64,000 bases of DNA from an uncultured Chloroflexia bacterium (GCA_963749705.1 CAVVNQ010000006.1:160001-224000), one strand, 5' to 3'. Positions 39,036 through 50,002 are shown, counted from the first letter of the stretch. The notes: a model not told the origin generated them from the letters alone. Program-made: numbers and translations.

Positions 39036-39867
39036 CGGCGGGCACTTCCGCGGCGATGATCGACCCTGCCTTCGGCACGCCGTCCGGCCGGTAGCCGAGC
39101 ATTGCCGAGATCTCGGCACCGGCATCGCGGGCGAGCGGACCGAGGCCGGCGAACCGGTCGGGCGTGACTCGCATAGCGGGACCGGCGATGCTCACACCGG
39201 CGCATACGGCCCCGGTGTGGTCGAAGATCGGGGCGCCGACGCAGGAGATTCCATCCTCGTTCTCCATGTCGTCGGTGGAGTACCCGCGCGCCCGCACGCC
39301 ACGCAGGTGCTCCATCAGCTGGTCGCGGCTACTGATCGTCGCCGCGGTGCGCACCTCGAGCTGGTCCGGGAGCCGTGCCCTGAGGTCCTCCTCGGGGAGG
39401 TAGGCCAGGATCGCCTTCCCGATCCCGGTCGAGTGCGCCGGCATGGTATGGCCTATCCGGCTGAACATCCGGACGGACTGCGGGCTGTCCACCTTCTCGA
39501 TGTAGACCACGTCGACGCCGTCCAGGATGCTCAGGTGGATCGTCTCGCCAGTCTCCGCCGCGAGACGCCGCATCGTCGGGAGCGCTTCCCGACGAAGGTC
39601 GAGACCCTCGAGGTAGTCCATCCCCAGCCGGAGCGTCATGGGACCCAGGGTGTAGGCACGCCGGTCGCGATCATGGGTGAGCAGGCTCCGGGCCCGGAGG
39701 GTGCGCAGAATCCGGGACGTGGTCGGCTTGCTGTAGCCCAGGATCGCGGTGCACTCGGCCAGACTCAGTCCGCGTGAGCCGCTGGCGCCCACCTGGAACA
39801 GGACGTTCAGGGCGCGATCGAGCGTCTGCGTACCCGCCAGCAACGTCCCGTCGGGTTCGGCATCCAT
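39028..39867 (-). CDS. IclR family transcriptional regulator
   Basis: QTLDRAL HTH, ETGETIHL, HSTGIGKA, CVGAPIFD. Confidence 0.93.
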   Translation of the reverse strand: MDAEPDGTLLAGTQTLDRALNVLFQVGASGSRGLSLAECTAILGYSKPTTSRILRTLRARSLLTHDRDRRAYTLGPMTLRLGMDYLEGLDLRREALPTMRRLAAETGETIHLSILDGVDVVYIEKVDSPQSVRMFSRIGHTMPAHSTGIGKAILAYLPEEDLRARLPDQLEVRTAATISSRDQLMEHLRGVRARGYSTDDMENEDGISCVGAPIFDHTGAVCAGVSIAGPAMRVTPDRFAGLGPLARDAGAEISAMLGYRPDGVPKAGSIIAAEVPADE

Positions 39868-39962
39868 CAGATGTAAAACACCGTGTCAAGATTCGACGAA
39901 GAGGCGCCTACTATACAGGCGGGAGTCGAGCGCCGACAGAGGTTCTGAGACGTGATGCAGAG

Positions 39963-41123
39963 ATGAAGCCAGTCGCACAGAGGATCGTCGACATGCGCCG
40001 TTCCGGGATCCGCGAGGTGATGGACCTTGCGGCTGGTCGCCCGGACGTCCTCCATCTCGAGGTCGGCGAGCCCAACTTCGCAACGCCGGACCATGTCCTG
40101 GAGGCGGCGGCCCGCGCCGCCGCCGACGGGTTCACGAAGTACACCGAGAACCGCGGCCTTGCCTCGCTGCGGGAGACGATCTGCGCCAAGCTCGCGCGCA
40201 AGAACGGCATCCGGGCCACGCCGGACCAGATCGTGGTCACGACGGGTGGTGTCACGGCTCTCATGGAGACGCTGATCGCCCTGACCGATCCCGGCGATGG
40301 CGTCCTCATCCCCGATCCCGGCTGGCCCAACTACGCAATGATGGCCGCCGTCGTCGGGGCAGATGTCCGCCGCTACCCGCTTGATCCGGCGAAAGCGTAC
40401 GAGCCAGATCTCGACCGGCTCGGCGAACTGGCCACCGACCCCCGGGCGAAAGTGCTGATCATCAACAGCCCGGCAAACCCGACCGGATCCGTCTGGCCGC
40501 CCGAGACGATGGCCCGGGTCGTCGCCCTGGCAGCGCGCCACGATCTGTGGGTGATCAGCGACGAGGTCTACGAGGAGATCGTCTTTGAGGGCCATCATGT
40601 GAGCCCGGCCACGATCGACGACGGGGGTCGAGTGATCAGTGTCTTCAGCGTCTCCAAGACGTATGCGATGACCGGCTGGCGGATCGGCTATCTCGTCGCC
40701 ACGGAGCCCGTGGCCGCCCTCGTCGCAAAGGTCCAGGAACCCGTGGTCAGCTGCGCTACGGCCGTGGCCCAGAAGGCGGCCGAAGCGGCGATCGGCGGTC
40801 CCCAGGAGTGCGTCGCCCTGATGCGAGCCGCGTACCGTAGGCGCCGCGATCTCGCTGTTGACGCCCTCCGGCGAGACGGCTGTCTGGCCAGCGAACCGCA
40901 TGGTGCGTTCTACATCCTGGCGGACGTCAGCAGGGCGACTCGTGACACGTATGCGCTGGCCCGCTGGCTCGTGGCCGAGAAGGGTGTCGCGGTTGCCCCG
41001 GGCGAGACCTTCGGCCCCGCGGGAGCCGGGCTGGTCCGCCTCTCGCTGGCGACCGATCCCGTCGTCCTGGCCGAGGGGATCCGTCGCCTCACTGGGGCGA
41101 TCGCTAGCTGGACGGAGCCCTAA
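39963..41123 (+). CDS. PLP-dependent aminotransferase class I/II
   Basis: GEPNF, NSPANPTG, SDEVY, SKTYAMTGWRIG, GAFY. Confidence 0.93.
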   Translation: MKPVAQRIVDMRRSGIREVMDLAAGRPDVLHLEVGEPNFATPDHVLEAAARAAADGFTKYTENRGLASLRETICAKLARKNGIRATPDQIVVTTGGVTALMETLIALTDPGDGVLIPDPGWPNYAMMAAVVGADVRRYPLDPAKAYEPDLDRLGELATDPRAKVLIINSPANPTGSVWPPETMARVVALAARHDLWVISDEVYEEIVFEGHHVSPATIDDGGRVISVFSVSKTYAMTGWRIGYLVATEPVAALVAKVQEPVVSCATAVAQKAAEAAIGGPQECVALMRAAYRRRRDLAVDALRRDGCLASEPHGAFYILADVSRATRDTYALARWLVAEKGVAVAPGETFGPAGAGLVRLSLATDPVVLAEGIRRLTGAIASWTEP

Positions 41124-42217
41124 CCCCGCCCCGCGGTGACGCCGGTGCGCGGAAGTGGTCGATACTCGATCTCGTAGCCGAAGGCGCGCGGACCGACGAA
41201 CCGGAGAGCCGTCTCGGTGGCCAGCCGGGGATGGCAGGGGATCCCGACCACATCGGCGCGGATTCCGTAGCGGACGAGTTCCGTCGTGACCGGCTCACCC
41301 TCCTCCGTGGTGAGGAGGGTGATCAGGTCCGGGACGCTGACGACCGCGTCGCCGTCCCTCCAGAGGATGAGGTTCTCGTTCTGGAAATCGATCCGGACGC
41401 GGGCGCCGGCATCGTCATCGAAGCCTTCGAGATCGATGTGTCCGACGACGAAGCCGCCGGTGAGACGCCGCTCGACGTCGACGACCTTGCCGCGGAAGAG
41501 CCGCGACCCGCCGGTGACCGACAGGACGGCCTCCGTGGTCGAGCGCTTCGCGGCGCGGGCGACAAGCGCGGCGCGACCGATCTCACGAGTCAGCGAGAGG
41601 GTCCCGGGCACGATCGAGCGCTGGCACTCCGCACCGCTCATTGGTGCCATCGCCAGACCTGCCGAACCACCCATCTCCACCGTGATCGCACGCGCGATCC
41701 GCTCCAGACTGCGGGCGTCACGCACTCGTTGGATGATGACCGCGTTTCCCTTGTCGTCGGCCAGGCCTGCCGGCCACGGCTGGCCGCCGTACATGAGGAA
41801 GGTGACCATCTGGAGCTCCGGGAAGGCGCGGCCCATCCCATCCCCGTCCACAACCGGGATGTCCAGCTCGGCGGCGATGCTCATCGCGGTCATCGAGTTC
41901 TCGCCGCCGATCTCCATAGGCGCGATGGCATCGATCCGTCGTCCGACGTGTTCCTGCAGCGCCTCGACGGCGCGGACCTCCTCGTGGCCCTCGCGCAACT
42001 TCTCGTAGGTGACGACCGGGGCTCCCATGAACCCGCCGGCCACGAGGAACCAGTCGTCGCGCAGCTCATCCGGAGTGACGACGCGCACGCGGAGCCCGCT
42101 GCGGAGCTGTTCGCGCAGATGGATCATGCCCAGGTAGGCATTTCCGCCGCCCCCGGTACCCATGGCTGCAGCGCCGATCGAGATCGCCGCCAGGTCCTCC
42201 TCGAGTACCTCCCACAT
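41120..42217 (-). CDS. DUF917 domain protein
   Basis: MGTGGGG, MGAP, EIGGEN, DGDGMGRAFPELQM, FQNENL, SVPDLI. Confidence 0.92.
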   Translation of the reverse strand: MWEVLEEDLAAISIGAAAMGTGGGGNAYLGMIHLREQLRSGLRVRVVTPDELRDDWFLVAGGFMGAPVVTYEKLREGHEEVRAVEALQEHVGRRIDAIAPMEIGGENSMTAMSIAAELDIPVVDGDGMGRAFPELQMVTFLMYGGQPWPAGLADDKGNAVIIQRVRDARSLERIARAITVEMGGSAGLAMAPMSGAECQRSIVPGTLSLTREIGRAALVARAAKRSTTEAVLSVTGGSRLFRGKVVDVERRLTGGFVVGHIDLEGFDDDAGARVRIDFQNENLILWRDGDAVVSVPDLITLLTTEEGEPVTTELVRYGIRADVVGIPCHPRLATETALRFVGPRAFGYEIEYRPLPRTGVTAGRG

Positions 42218-42228
42218 CCGTTCGCTCC

Positions 42229-43776
42229 TCAGTTCGAGATCAGCTCACCGACCACCTTGACCCGAACGCGGACCGCGTTGCCGGGCAGGTAGGAGAGCGG
42301 CACGTCCTCCACGTCGAGGACGTAGATCGTGGCAGGATCCGCGCCGCTCTCGACTGCCTCGCGGATGGCATCCCCGCGGGCCGTATCGAGGGCCGCCTCG
42401 CGGCTCGAGCCGGCCAGCGCCACGACCCGGTCGACCTCGCCGGTGACCTGGGCGATCGCCGCCCCGACCGCGTTGGCCGCCTCGAAGTGCTCGGGGACGA
42501 CCAGCTCGCTTGCCCCGGCGACGGGCCGCGTGACGAGGATCCGGCCGCCGCCGACGATGATCACCGGCAGCGGCTCCTCGGAGAGGCGCATGCGGTCCAC
42601 CGCGAGATCGATCGCGTCGCCGATCATGGCTGTGACCTGCACGACGAGCTCGTGCGGCAGATCCGCCACCCGATTGCCGTCGCCGAGATGGGCGAAGCCA
42701 CCGGCGACGGCGATGTCCGTCGCCGTCAGCGTCTCCCCACCGAAGATGCGGGCACGCTGCGTCAGCTCGTACCCGACGCTGTCGGGACCGACGGAGATGG
42801 CATCGCCGTTGACACGGACGAGCGAGCCGCCACCGAGCCCGGTGGCGTGCACGTCGGGCATTCGAAAGTTGGTCCGGACCCCGCCAACCTCGATCGCCAG
42901 CGCCGCCTGGCGGGGGAAGCCGCGAGTCAGCGCGCCGACGTCGGTGGTCGTGCCGCCGACATCGACGACGATCGCGTCCTGGAGGCCGGAGAGGTAGGCG
43001 GCTCCGCGCATCGAGTTGGTCGGCCCCGAGGCGAAGGTCAGCACTGGGAAGAGCTCCGCTTGAACGGCGGTCATCAGTGCACCGTCGTTCTGGGTGAGGT
43101 AGACCGTCGCGCCGAGGTCCATTTCCTTGATCGCCTGGCGGAAGCTCGAGATCGTCGTTCGGGCCAGATCGCGCAGACATGCGTTGAGGATCGCCGCGTT
43201 CTCCCGCTCAAGCAGCCCGATCCGACCGATCTGATGCGAGTAGGTGACGTCAAGGCCAGGCACCCGGCTGGTGAGGAGCTCGCCGGCCCGGAGCTCCATC
43301 TCGCCGTTGATCGGCGAGAAGACGCTACTGACCGCTACCGCCGTGGTTCCGCGAAGGCGGAGGTCGTCGGCGACGCGCGCGATCTCTGCCTCGTTGAGCT
43401 CGCTCAGGATCCGGCCATCGAACTCGTTGCCCCCGTGAACGAGATAGTGATGCTGCCCCACCACGGCAGCGAGGTCGGGCGGCCAGTCGATCATCGGCGG
43501 AAGGCATTCGGTCGCCGGCAGGCCGAGGCGGACAGCTGCGACGGGCTGAAGCCGTCGCCGCTCCACGACCGCGTTCGTGAAGTGGGTGGTCCCGATCATG
43601 ACGGCCGAGACCTCGGATGTCGGGACACGAGTCTGGTCGAGCAGTGCGCTGACGGCTGTGACGATGCCGCTCGTTACGTCCACAGTCGTCGGCGTCTTCA
43701 CCTTGCCCAGGACGCCATCAACGCTCATCAGGACAGCGTCTGTGTTGGTGCCTCCGACGTCAACGCCGACGCGCAT
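42229..43776 (-). CDS. Hydantoinase/oxoprolinase family protein
   Basis: GVDVGGTNTD, IGTTHFTNA, SGPTNSMRGA, DVGGTTTD, ANAVGAA. Confidence 0.93.
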   Translation of the reverse strand: MRVGVDVGGTNTDAVLMSVDGVLGKVKTPTTVDVTSGIVTAVSALLDQTRVPTSEVSAVMIGTTHFTNAVVERRRLQPVAAVRLGLPATECLPPMIDWPPDLAAVVGQHHYLVHGGNEFDGRILSELNEAEIARVADDLRLRGTTAVAVSSVFSPINGEMELRAGELLTSRVPGLDVTYSHQIGRIGLLERENAAILNACLRDLARTTISSFRQAIKEMDLGATVYLTQNDGALMTAVQAELFPVLTFASGPTNSMRGAAYLSGLQDAIVVDVGGTTTDVGALTRGFPRQAALAIEVGGVRTNFRMPDVHATGLGGGSLVRVNGDAISVGPDSVGYELTQRARIFGGETLTATDIAVAGGFAHLGDGNRVADLPHELVVQVTAMIGDAIDLAVDRMRLSEEPLPVIIVGGGRILVTRPVAGASELVVPEHFEAANAVGAAIAQVTGEVDRVVALAGSSREAALDTARGDAIREAVESGADPATIYVLDVEDVPLSYLPGNAVRVRVKVVGELISN

Positions 43777-43944
43777 GGACTCTGTTGCCACCCTGGGCTC
43801 GGACCGCCCATCCTCGACCAGCCGACCCTCGACGACGAGGTCCGTTGTGCGCTTCGTACCCACCCTAGCCCCTCAGGCCAGTCAGGGTGATCTCCTCGAC
43901 CCGATCGGGCAGCACCACCCGCCCCCCACGGATCGCCAGCCGAC

Positions 43945-45177
43945 TCATCGTGTGATCGTCGGCTGCGCCAAGAACCAGGCCGGTTCGGCGAAGTACCGGA
44001 ACATCGCAAATCCGTGGTCGAGGTCAGCAGCCTCCCAGACAAGGTCAAGCTCCGAATATGCCGTGTGGCCGTGCGAAGGGGGTGCCAGCTCTGGCCGGGT
44101 CAGGAAGTCCGAACGTGGCCACACCGCACGGTGCCGGAAGCACGCGCCGGGCAACAGCACGTCGCGGATCCACCGTCGCATCGTCGGCACGCAATTCTGG
44201 TAGGCGTGTCCGGGGCCCCACCGCACATGTCGTTGCAGATCGGACCCCGCGCCGCGCACCTCCTCGACCGACATCGGTCGGCCGCCGTCGAAGAACAATG
44301 CATCCAGGTTGGGATCGACAACGATCCATCGGCTGACATCTTCGAGCCAGACTTCGGCAACGAAATGTCCGTTGTGACCGTTCACCTCCTCCGTCAAGAC
44401 GGCCGGCCGTGCGGGGATCCCGATGGCGACACACGCCGCGACGAACGTCACCGCATAGTGGACGCACACGAGGAACGGCTCGCGCCCATCATGCCCGCTG
44501 CCGGCCTTGCCCCAGGACACGATGGTAAGCGGGTCCCACGGCGCATACTGCACCCCCTTATCCCGGTACCGCCAACCGGTCGAAGTCCACGTCGCGAGGG
44601 CGCGAACGCGAGTGAGCGTGTCGCCGGAAGCGACGACATCCGGGGGCAGGAGCCGTCGAAGCTGCACGGCTCCTGGGTCGTCGGGCAGGCCCGCGATGAA
44701 GGTCGGAGGATCGGGGTCACGGCCTTCCTCGAGGCGCAGCCTGACCAGGTACTCCCCTGCCCCGACGTGGAGGTGGCCGATCCGGTCGGAATTCCAGGTC
44801 ACCCCTCCGTCTGTGCTCAGGTGACTGGCCGAAGGGTAATGGCCGTATTCGATGCCAAGCGACCAGGCGTCCATCGCGTCCGCCTCCGCCCAGAACTCGA
44901 ACCGGTTCGAGCCGACGAGCAGGGCGTTCGCTGGAACGACCACCTCGTACCAGAGGTAGTTGGCTCCAGCCGGGCGGATCGGTTCGAGCTCACGCCCGTT
45001 GACGGTGATCCGCAAGGGTCGTCCGTTGCCGGCGTAGCTCCGGGCCAGTACGAACAGCCGGCCAGGACCGTCCGTCGCAGGCAAGGCCATCTCCTTGCGT
45101 GCCCGACGACGGGTGGTGAGCTCCTCGCCCAAAGTGGGCAGGACGAATCCGGTCTCGGTGTAATACAGGCCCGACAT
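43945..45177 (-). CDS. Transglutaminase-like (Cys-His-Asp) domain protein
   Basis: VCVHYA, GIPAR, GHFVAEVW, WIVVDP; no signal peptide. Confidence 0.75.
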   Translation of the reverse strand: MSGLYYTETGFVLPTLGEELTTRRRARKEMALPATDGPGRLFVLARSYAGNGRPLRITVNGRELEPIRPAGANYLWYEVVVPANALLVGSNRFEFWAEADAMDAWSLGIEYGHYPSASHLSTDGGVTWNSDRIGHLHVGAGEYLVRLRLEEGRDPDPPTFIAGLPDDPGAVQLRRLLPPDVVASGDTLTRVRALATWTSTGWRYRDKGVQYAPWDPLTIVSWGKAGSGHDGREPFLVCVHYAVTFVAACVAIGIPARPAVLTEEVNGHNGHFVAEVWLEDVSRWIVVDPNLDALFFDGGRPMSVEEVRGAGSDLQRHVRWGPGHAYQNCVPTMRRWIRDVLLPGACFRHRAVWPRSDFLTRPELAPPSHGHTAYSELDLVWEAADLDHGFAMFRYFAEPAWFLAQPTITR

Positions 45178-45466
45178 GTCAGGAGTCTCCGCCCGGCGCG
45201 TTGAGGAAGCCCCCAAAGCCCGGGTTGACCTTGAGGAGCTCCGACACGTAGTCGGTCGCGGCTGCGTCGACTGTCGCCCGGTCCGCGAGGACGACCGTCC
45301 GAAGCTGATCCGTCACGAACTCGGTCATGCGCGTTCGGGTGATGCCCATGCCGGGGATCGTAGCGGCGACCGACCCTGCTGCAAATCTCCCCGCGCCAAG
45401 GATTCGCAGCCGGTAACGGGAGGTCCCCCGCTGCGCGGAAGCAGAGACTCCAGTTCTGCGACTCGC

Positions 45467-46456
45467 TCAGTAGGTGAGCACAACCCCCAGATACTCATCG
45501 AGGCTATCCTCCAGGCGGTCATACAGCATCGGGGCTTCGGTGTAACGGAGTTCGTGTGTGCGGAAATCGTCAATGTGCAAGGGACCTCTGCACAGGGAGA
45601 AGAGGTACGGCACGTCGCGGTTGCGCACCGCCGGGCTGATCATCCTGGCATGCGCGCCGATGATGGTAAGTCCCTTGCGGTGGATGTCCGTATAGGGGTC
45701 GATTTCCATTGGCTTGCGCGGACTGCCGAGAAGCACAACACGTCCGCCCGGCGCCGTCACCTTCAGACAGGCATCGATGTTGCTTTCGATTCCGGCGGCC
45801 TCGACGCTAAGGTCAGGCGACGTTCCCGGATGCGTCGCGTACCACTCAACCAGGCTGGTTTCACGGAGATTGATCACAGGGTTGAAACCCAGCGACGCTC
45901 CGTGACGGAGGCGACCTTGAGATGGGTCGGCCGCGGTGACCGCAGCCCCCGCAATGCGATATAGCTGCCCAGCCAGGATGCCCACCAATCCCAGTCCACT
46001 CACCAAGACGGTTTGGCCAAGCTCTGCAGGTGCGAGACGAACCGCGGTCATTGCAATCTGCGCCAGACCGAAGAAGACTGCATCTTGAGGCTCGATGCCC
46101 TCGGGCACCAGCACGCACTGCGATGCTCGTACGACCGATACAGTGGCGTGAGAGCTGGGATGCCACACGAGATCGCCAACCGCGAAATCGGTGACACCCA
46201 AGCCGACATCCTCGACGTGCCCAACCGCCGCGTATCCGGGGTAGAAGGGGTACTTGAACGAAGCGGCAGCCTCTCCACCGGAAGTGAAGGCACGGTGCCG
46301 CTTGCGGAGCACAGCGAGCTCTGTTCCGGCGCTGACCAACGAAGCGTCATTGCGAATCAGCATCTGATCCGCTTCCAGTGAGGTGGATACGGTGAACTGC
46401 TCGATCCGACAGTCGTTCTCTCCCGCGAACAGAATGCGGTCTTCGTGCTCAGACAC
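45467..46456 (-). CDS. Zinc-binding alcohol dehydrogenase-like (MDR) oxidoreductase
   Basis: SLVSAGTE, YPGYAAVG, GLGLVG, EAAG, IIGAH. Confidence 0.85.
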   Translation of the reverse strand: MSEHEDRILFAGENDCRIEQFTVSTSLEADQMLIRNDASLVSAGTELAVLRKRHRAFTSGGEAAASFKYPFYPGYAAVGHVEDVGLGVTDFAVGDLVWHPSSHATVSVVRASQCVLVPEGIEPQDAVFFGLAQIAMTAVRLAPAELGQTVLVSGLGLVGILAGQLYRIAGAAVTAADPSQGRLRHGASLGFNPVINLRETSLVEWYATHPGTSPDLSVEAAGIESNIDACLKVTAPGGRVVLLGSPRKPMEIDPYTDIHRKGLTIIGAHARMISPAVRNRDVPYLFSLCRGPLHIDDFRTHELRYTEAPMLYDRLEDSLDEYLGVVLTY

Positions 46457-46658
46457 GGATCTTCCCTTTGTCCTTCGATCTCATCAGCGAGCGCAGCCGT
46501 GCCACGCGGTGCCCGCGTCGGCGATCGCGGCCTGGGTCCAACCTAGGTCTCGTATCGCCGCTCGACGGTGCTAATCGACGGGACATCACCTGTGAGCTTG
46601 GCGACTCGCGTCACCAGCTCGGCAGGGGCCGATCACACCGATCCTCGGCTTCGCCATA

Positions 46659-47801
46659 TCACTCGACTTCGTCGATCCCGAGGCCGGGGCCGGCCGGGAC
46701 CGGGAGCCGCCCTGAGGCCATCGCCGCCGCAAGCGCCGGCCGACGGACCACGTCTCGCTCGACCATCAACGGCCCGATTAGCTCGCACGGATAGAGATAC
46801 CCAGGTGCCGCCGCGGCGAACTGGGCCGCGGCGAGGGTTGCTACTCCCATCTCGGGCATCGAGCCCACCATCAGACCGATCCCAGCAGCCTCCGCGACCG
46901 CCGCGATCTGGAGTGCCCGATACAGCCCGCCGGGCTTCACGATCTTGATGTTGAAGACGTCACACGCGCCGAGTCGTGCGAGCTCGTGGGCATCGGCGAG
47001 CGACTGGAGGGATTCATCGGCCATCACCGGGGTGTCGAGAGCCTGCGAAATGGCTCGCAGGCCGACGCGATCGTGGCCGGCAATGGGCTGTTCGATCAGC
47101 TCGAGCTCGTACCGTTCCATCGCCCGGAGGATGCGGATCGCTTCAGCTCGACTGTAGCCCTGGTTGGCGTCGACCCTAATCTGGATGTCGGGAAGTGCGT
47201 CGCGGACGGCGGCCACGACATCGAGGTCTCGCCGCGAGTCCCGACCGATCTTGAGCTTGATGACCGAGAACCCCGCCTTCGCATGGGCCACAGCTTCGGC
47301 GACGATGTCGTCGACCCGACCGATCCCGATGACCCAGGCGAGCGAGATCTCGGAGCGCCGCCGTCCGCCAAGGAGGGCAGAAACGGGGACCCCCAGACTT
47401 CGACCCATAAGGTCGTACACGGCGATGTCGATCGCCGACTTGGCCATCGCTGCGTCCCTGAGCACATGATCCATTCGCTCATGCACCACTCCGGGAAGGG
47501 CCGGCACACCGATCAGAGATGGCGCGAGAACACTATCGATAGCCGCGCGGAGCCCAGCCGTGGTCTGCCCCGAGTACGGCGTCATGGGGCTCACTTCGCC
47601 GACGCCGCAACGCCCATCCTCATCCCACACTGAGACGATCACGGACTCCAGGGCATCGACCGTCCCGCTGCTGATGACGAACGGGGACCGATAGAGCGAG
47701 CGCGCAACTCGGGTCTCGATTCGGGTGATCTTGATGTGGGCCCTCCCCGGCGGCCCTGAGACATCCTCAGCTGCATCGTTCATCGATACGCCATGGTCCA
47801 A
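46659..47801 (-). CDS. Mandelate racemase/muconate lactonizing enzyme family protein (dipeptide epimerase-like)
   Basis: KLKIG, VDANQG, IEQP, ADES, NIKIVKPGG, GPGLG. Confidence 0.9.
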   Translation of the reverse strand: MDHGVSMNDAAEDVSGPPGRAHIKITRIETRVARSLYRSPFVISSGTVDALESVIVSVWDEDGRCGVGEVSPMTPYSGQTTAGLRAAIDSVLAPSLIGVPALPGVVHERMDHVLRDAAMAKSAIDIAVYDLMGRSLGVPVSALLGGRRRSEISLAWVIGIGRVDDIVAEAVAHAKAGFSVIKLKIGRDSRRDLDVVAAVRDALPDIQIRVDANQGYSRAEAIRILRAMERYELELIEQPIAGHDRVGLRAISQALDTPVMADESLQSLADAHELARLGACDVFNIKIVKPGGLYRALQIAAVAEAAGIGLMVGSMPEMGVATLAAAQFAAAAPGYLYPCELIGPLMVERDVVRRPALAAAMASGRLPVPAGPGLGIDEVE

Positions 47802-47853
47802 GGTTCCAAATCCCTCAACCCGAAATCTTCAACCACCCGCCGGGCCGCATCGA

Positions 47854-48864
47854 TCAGGCCGTGCGGTCCTGTACGGCCTGCAGGATGCGCATTGCGGGCA
47901 AGATCGCCTCGGCGGCCGTCACCGGACGCTGGCCCGAGGTGATCGATGAGACGAAGTCCTGATCCTGAGCGACGACGCTATTCCCGTGGACTGTCGCGAG
48001 GTCCTTGCCCTGGAAGATTGGTCCGTGCGAGTTGGCAACATTCGGGTAGGCGATTTCAATCATGTCCTGCTCGCCGACCACGAGGTAGTCGTTCGTCGCG
48101 ATCTGCGCGTTGTAGGACAGGGAGATGGTCGCCACAGCGCCGGCCGGGGTGCGGAGCGTGATCCCGTAGTCCATCGGTACGCCGGTCGCCTGCCAGACAG
48201 GTCCGACCACTGACGTGACCTCCGAAACAGGTGCACCAAGCAGGCCGAGAACCACGTCAACGATATGGCCACCCTGGTGCCATAGGAGACTGTCCGTCCA
48301 GCTCCTCTGGCGACCGGTCCACCCGACGTTGTCTCGACGAAGCATGAGGTAACGAGCCACGACGTTGGTCGGCTCCAGACCGACCTGTTCGATCGCAGCT
48401 CGGGCGACCTGGAACGGTTCGGAGTAGCGGATTGAGTGGCACACCATCAGCACACGCTTGGCCTCTTGCGCGCGTGCGACGAGGGTTTCGGCCTCGCCTG
48501 CCGACAGGGCCAGCGGGATCTCGACAAGCACGTGACGGCCCGCCTCGATTGCGGCGCGAGCCTGTTCGAAGTGGACGGCGCTGGGCGATGCAATGACCAC
48601 GGCCTGAACGCCTGGCATCGTGATCGCCTCGTCTACGTCGACGGTCCAGTGCTCGATTTCGTGGCGAAGAGCGAAAGCCTGGACCTCGGCCGCGTTCGGG
48701 CCCGCGACACTCAGGATGCGAGCGCCTAGATCACGGAACGCCTGGGCGTGCATGTCAGCAATCGCCCCGTAGCCGAGTATCGCTATGGCCGGAACGCTGT
48801 CTCTGTCGATCATCGTCATCTTGGCGTAGCTCCAATAGTTTGCACCGCCCGCGGGCGCGGGCAC
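47854..48864 (-). CDS. Gfo/Idh/MocA oxidoreductase (start uncertain)
   Basis: GYGAIA, GRHVLVEIP, RSWTDSLLWH (LigC/PmdB-like signature). Confidence 0.85.
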   Translation of the reverse strand: MPAPAGGANYWSYAKMTMIDRDSVPAIAILGYGAIADMHAQAFRDLGARILSVAGPNAAEVQAFALRHEIEHWTVDVDEAITMPGVQAVVIASPSAVHFEQARAAIEAGRHVLVEIPLALSAGEAETLVARAQEAKRVLMVCHSIRYSEPFQVARAAIEQVGLEPTNVVARYLMLRRDNVGWTGRQRSWTDSLLWHQGGHIVDVVLGLLGAPVSEVTSVVGPVWQATGVPMDYGITLRTPAGAVATISLSYNAQIATNDYLVVGEQDMIEIAYPNVANSHGPIFQGKDLATVHGNSVVAQDQDFVSSITSGQRPVTAAEAILPAMRILQAVQDRTA

Positions 48865-48913
48865 GGATGGGTCGGCTCAGCCTCCAGACCATCGAGTGGC
48901 CCGGAGAGCCGCA

Positions 48914-50002
48914 TCAGTCCGATAGTCGTTCACCCGTGGCCGCGCTGAATAGATGGATGATGGCGCCCTCTGCAGGCACCAGGCTGACCCGGGTATCGGG
49001 GGTTGGCGCCGCTCTTCCCTCGGTACGCACCGTCAGGAGCTCGGGACCCCCCGTAAGGTCGACGTTGACGTAGACGAAGGCATCTGCGCCCAGCTCCTCG
49101 ACCAGCACGACCAGCCCCGGCAAGCCACCCTGGTCGGGCGGTCCAAGGGCGAATCCTTCGGGACGAATCCCGACAATCGCGTCGCCGCCACGGAGCGCCG
49201 CCTGCTGGGTCGGCGTCAGCGGCATCCTGATCGCCCCGAGGTGCACCGATGCGTCGTCAACCCCGGCCGACATGAGGTTCATCGCTGGCGAGCCGATAAA
49301 GCCGGCGACAAACGCGTTCGCCGGTCGATCGAACAGCACCGGTGGCTTGTCACATTGCTGGAGCACGCCCTCATGGAGCACGGCGACCCGATCGCCCAGC
49401 GTCATCGCCTCCACCTGGTCGTGTGTCACGTAGATGGTCGTGATCCCCAGCCGCCGCTGAAGCGAGGCGATCTGCGCTCGCGTCTGCACCCGCAGCTTCG
49501 CGTCGAGGTTCGAGAGCGGCTCGTCCATGAGGAAGACCTGGGGCTCACGGATGATGGCCCGACCCATTGCCACCCGCTGGCGCTGGCCGCCCGAGAGTTT
49601 GGCCGGCTTACGGTCGAGATAGGGCTCGAGGTCAAGCAGTTGTGCCGCCGCCAAGACTCGACGCTTGATCTCGTCTTTCGGGCGCTTCGCAATCCTGAGG
49701 TGAAAGCCGATGTTCTCGGCCACCGTCATATGCGGGTACAACGCGTAGTCCTGGAAGACCATCGCGATGTCGCGGTTCTTCGGCGGCAGCTTCGTGACAT
49801 CCCGATCGCCGATAAAGACGGCACCCTCGTCGACGCCCTCGAGCCCTGCCAGCATCCGCAATGCTGTGGACTTTCCTGAGCCGGATGGCCCGACGAGCAC
49901 CATGAACTCGCCATCATCGATAGCGAGGTCGAGGGCGTCCAATGCCGGCACCGTGGTGCCGGCGTAGATGCGGGTGGCGCCTTCCCATCGAACGGTGGCC
50001 AT
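48914..50002 (-). CDS. Carbohydrate ABC transporter ATP-binding protein (MsiK/MalK-like)
   Basis: GPSGSGKS, LSGGQRQR, MDEPLSNLDAKLR, FIGSPAMN. Confidence 0.95.
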   Translation of the reverse strand: MATVRWEGATRIYAGTTVPALDALDLAIDDGEFMVLVGPSGSGKSTALRMLAGLEGVDEGAVFIGDRDVTKLPPKNRDIAMVFQDYALYPHMTVAENIGFHLRIAKRPKDEIKRRVLAAAQLLDLEPYLDRKPAKLSGGQRQRVAMGRAIIREPQVFLMDEPLSNLDAKLRVQTRAQIASLQRRLGITTIYVTHDQVEAMTLGDRVAVLHEGVLQQCDKPPVLFDRPANAFVAGFIGSPAMNLMSAGVDDASVHLGAIRMPLTPTQQAALRGGDAIVGIRPEGFALGPPDQGGLPGLVVLVEELGADAFVYVNVDLTGGPELLTVRTEGRAAPTPDTRVSLVPAEGAIIHLFSAATGERLSD

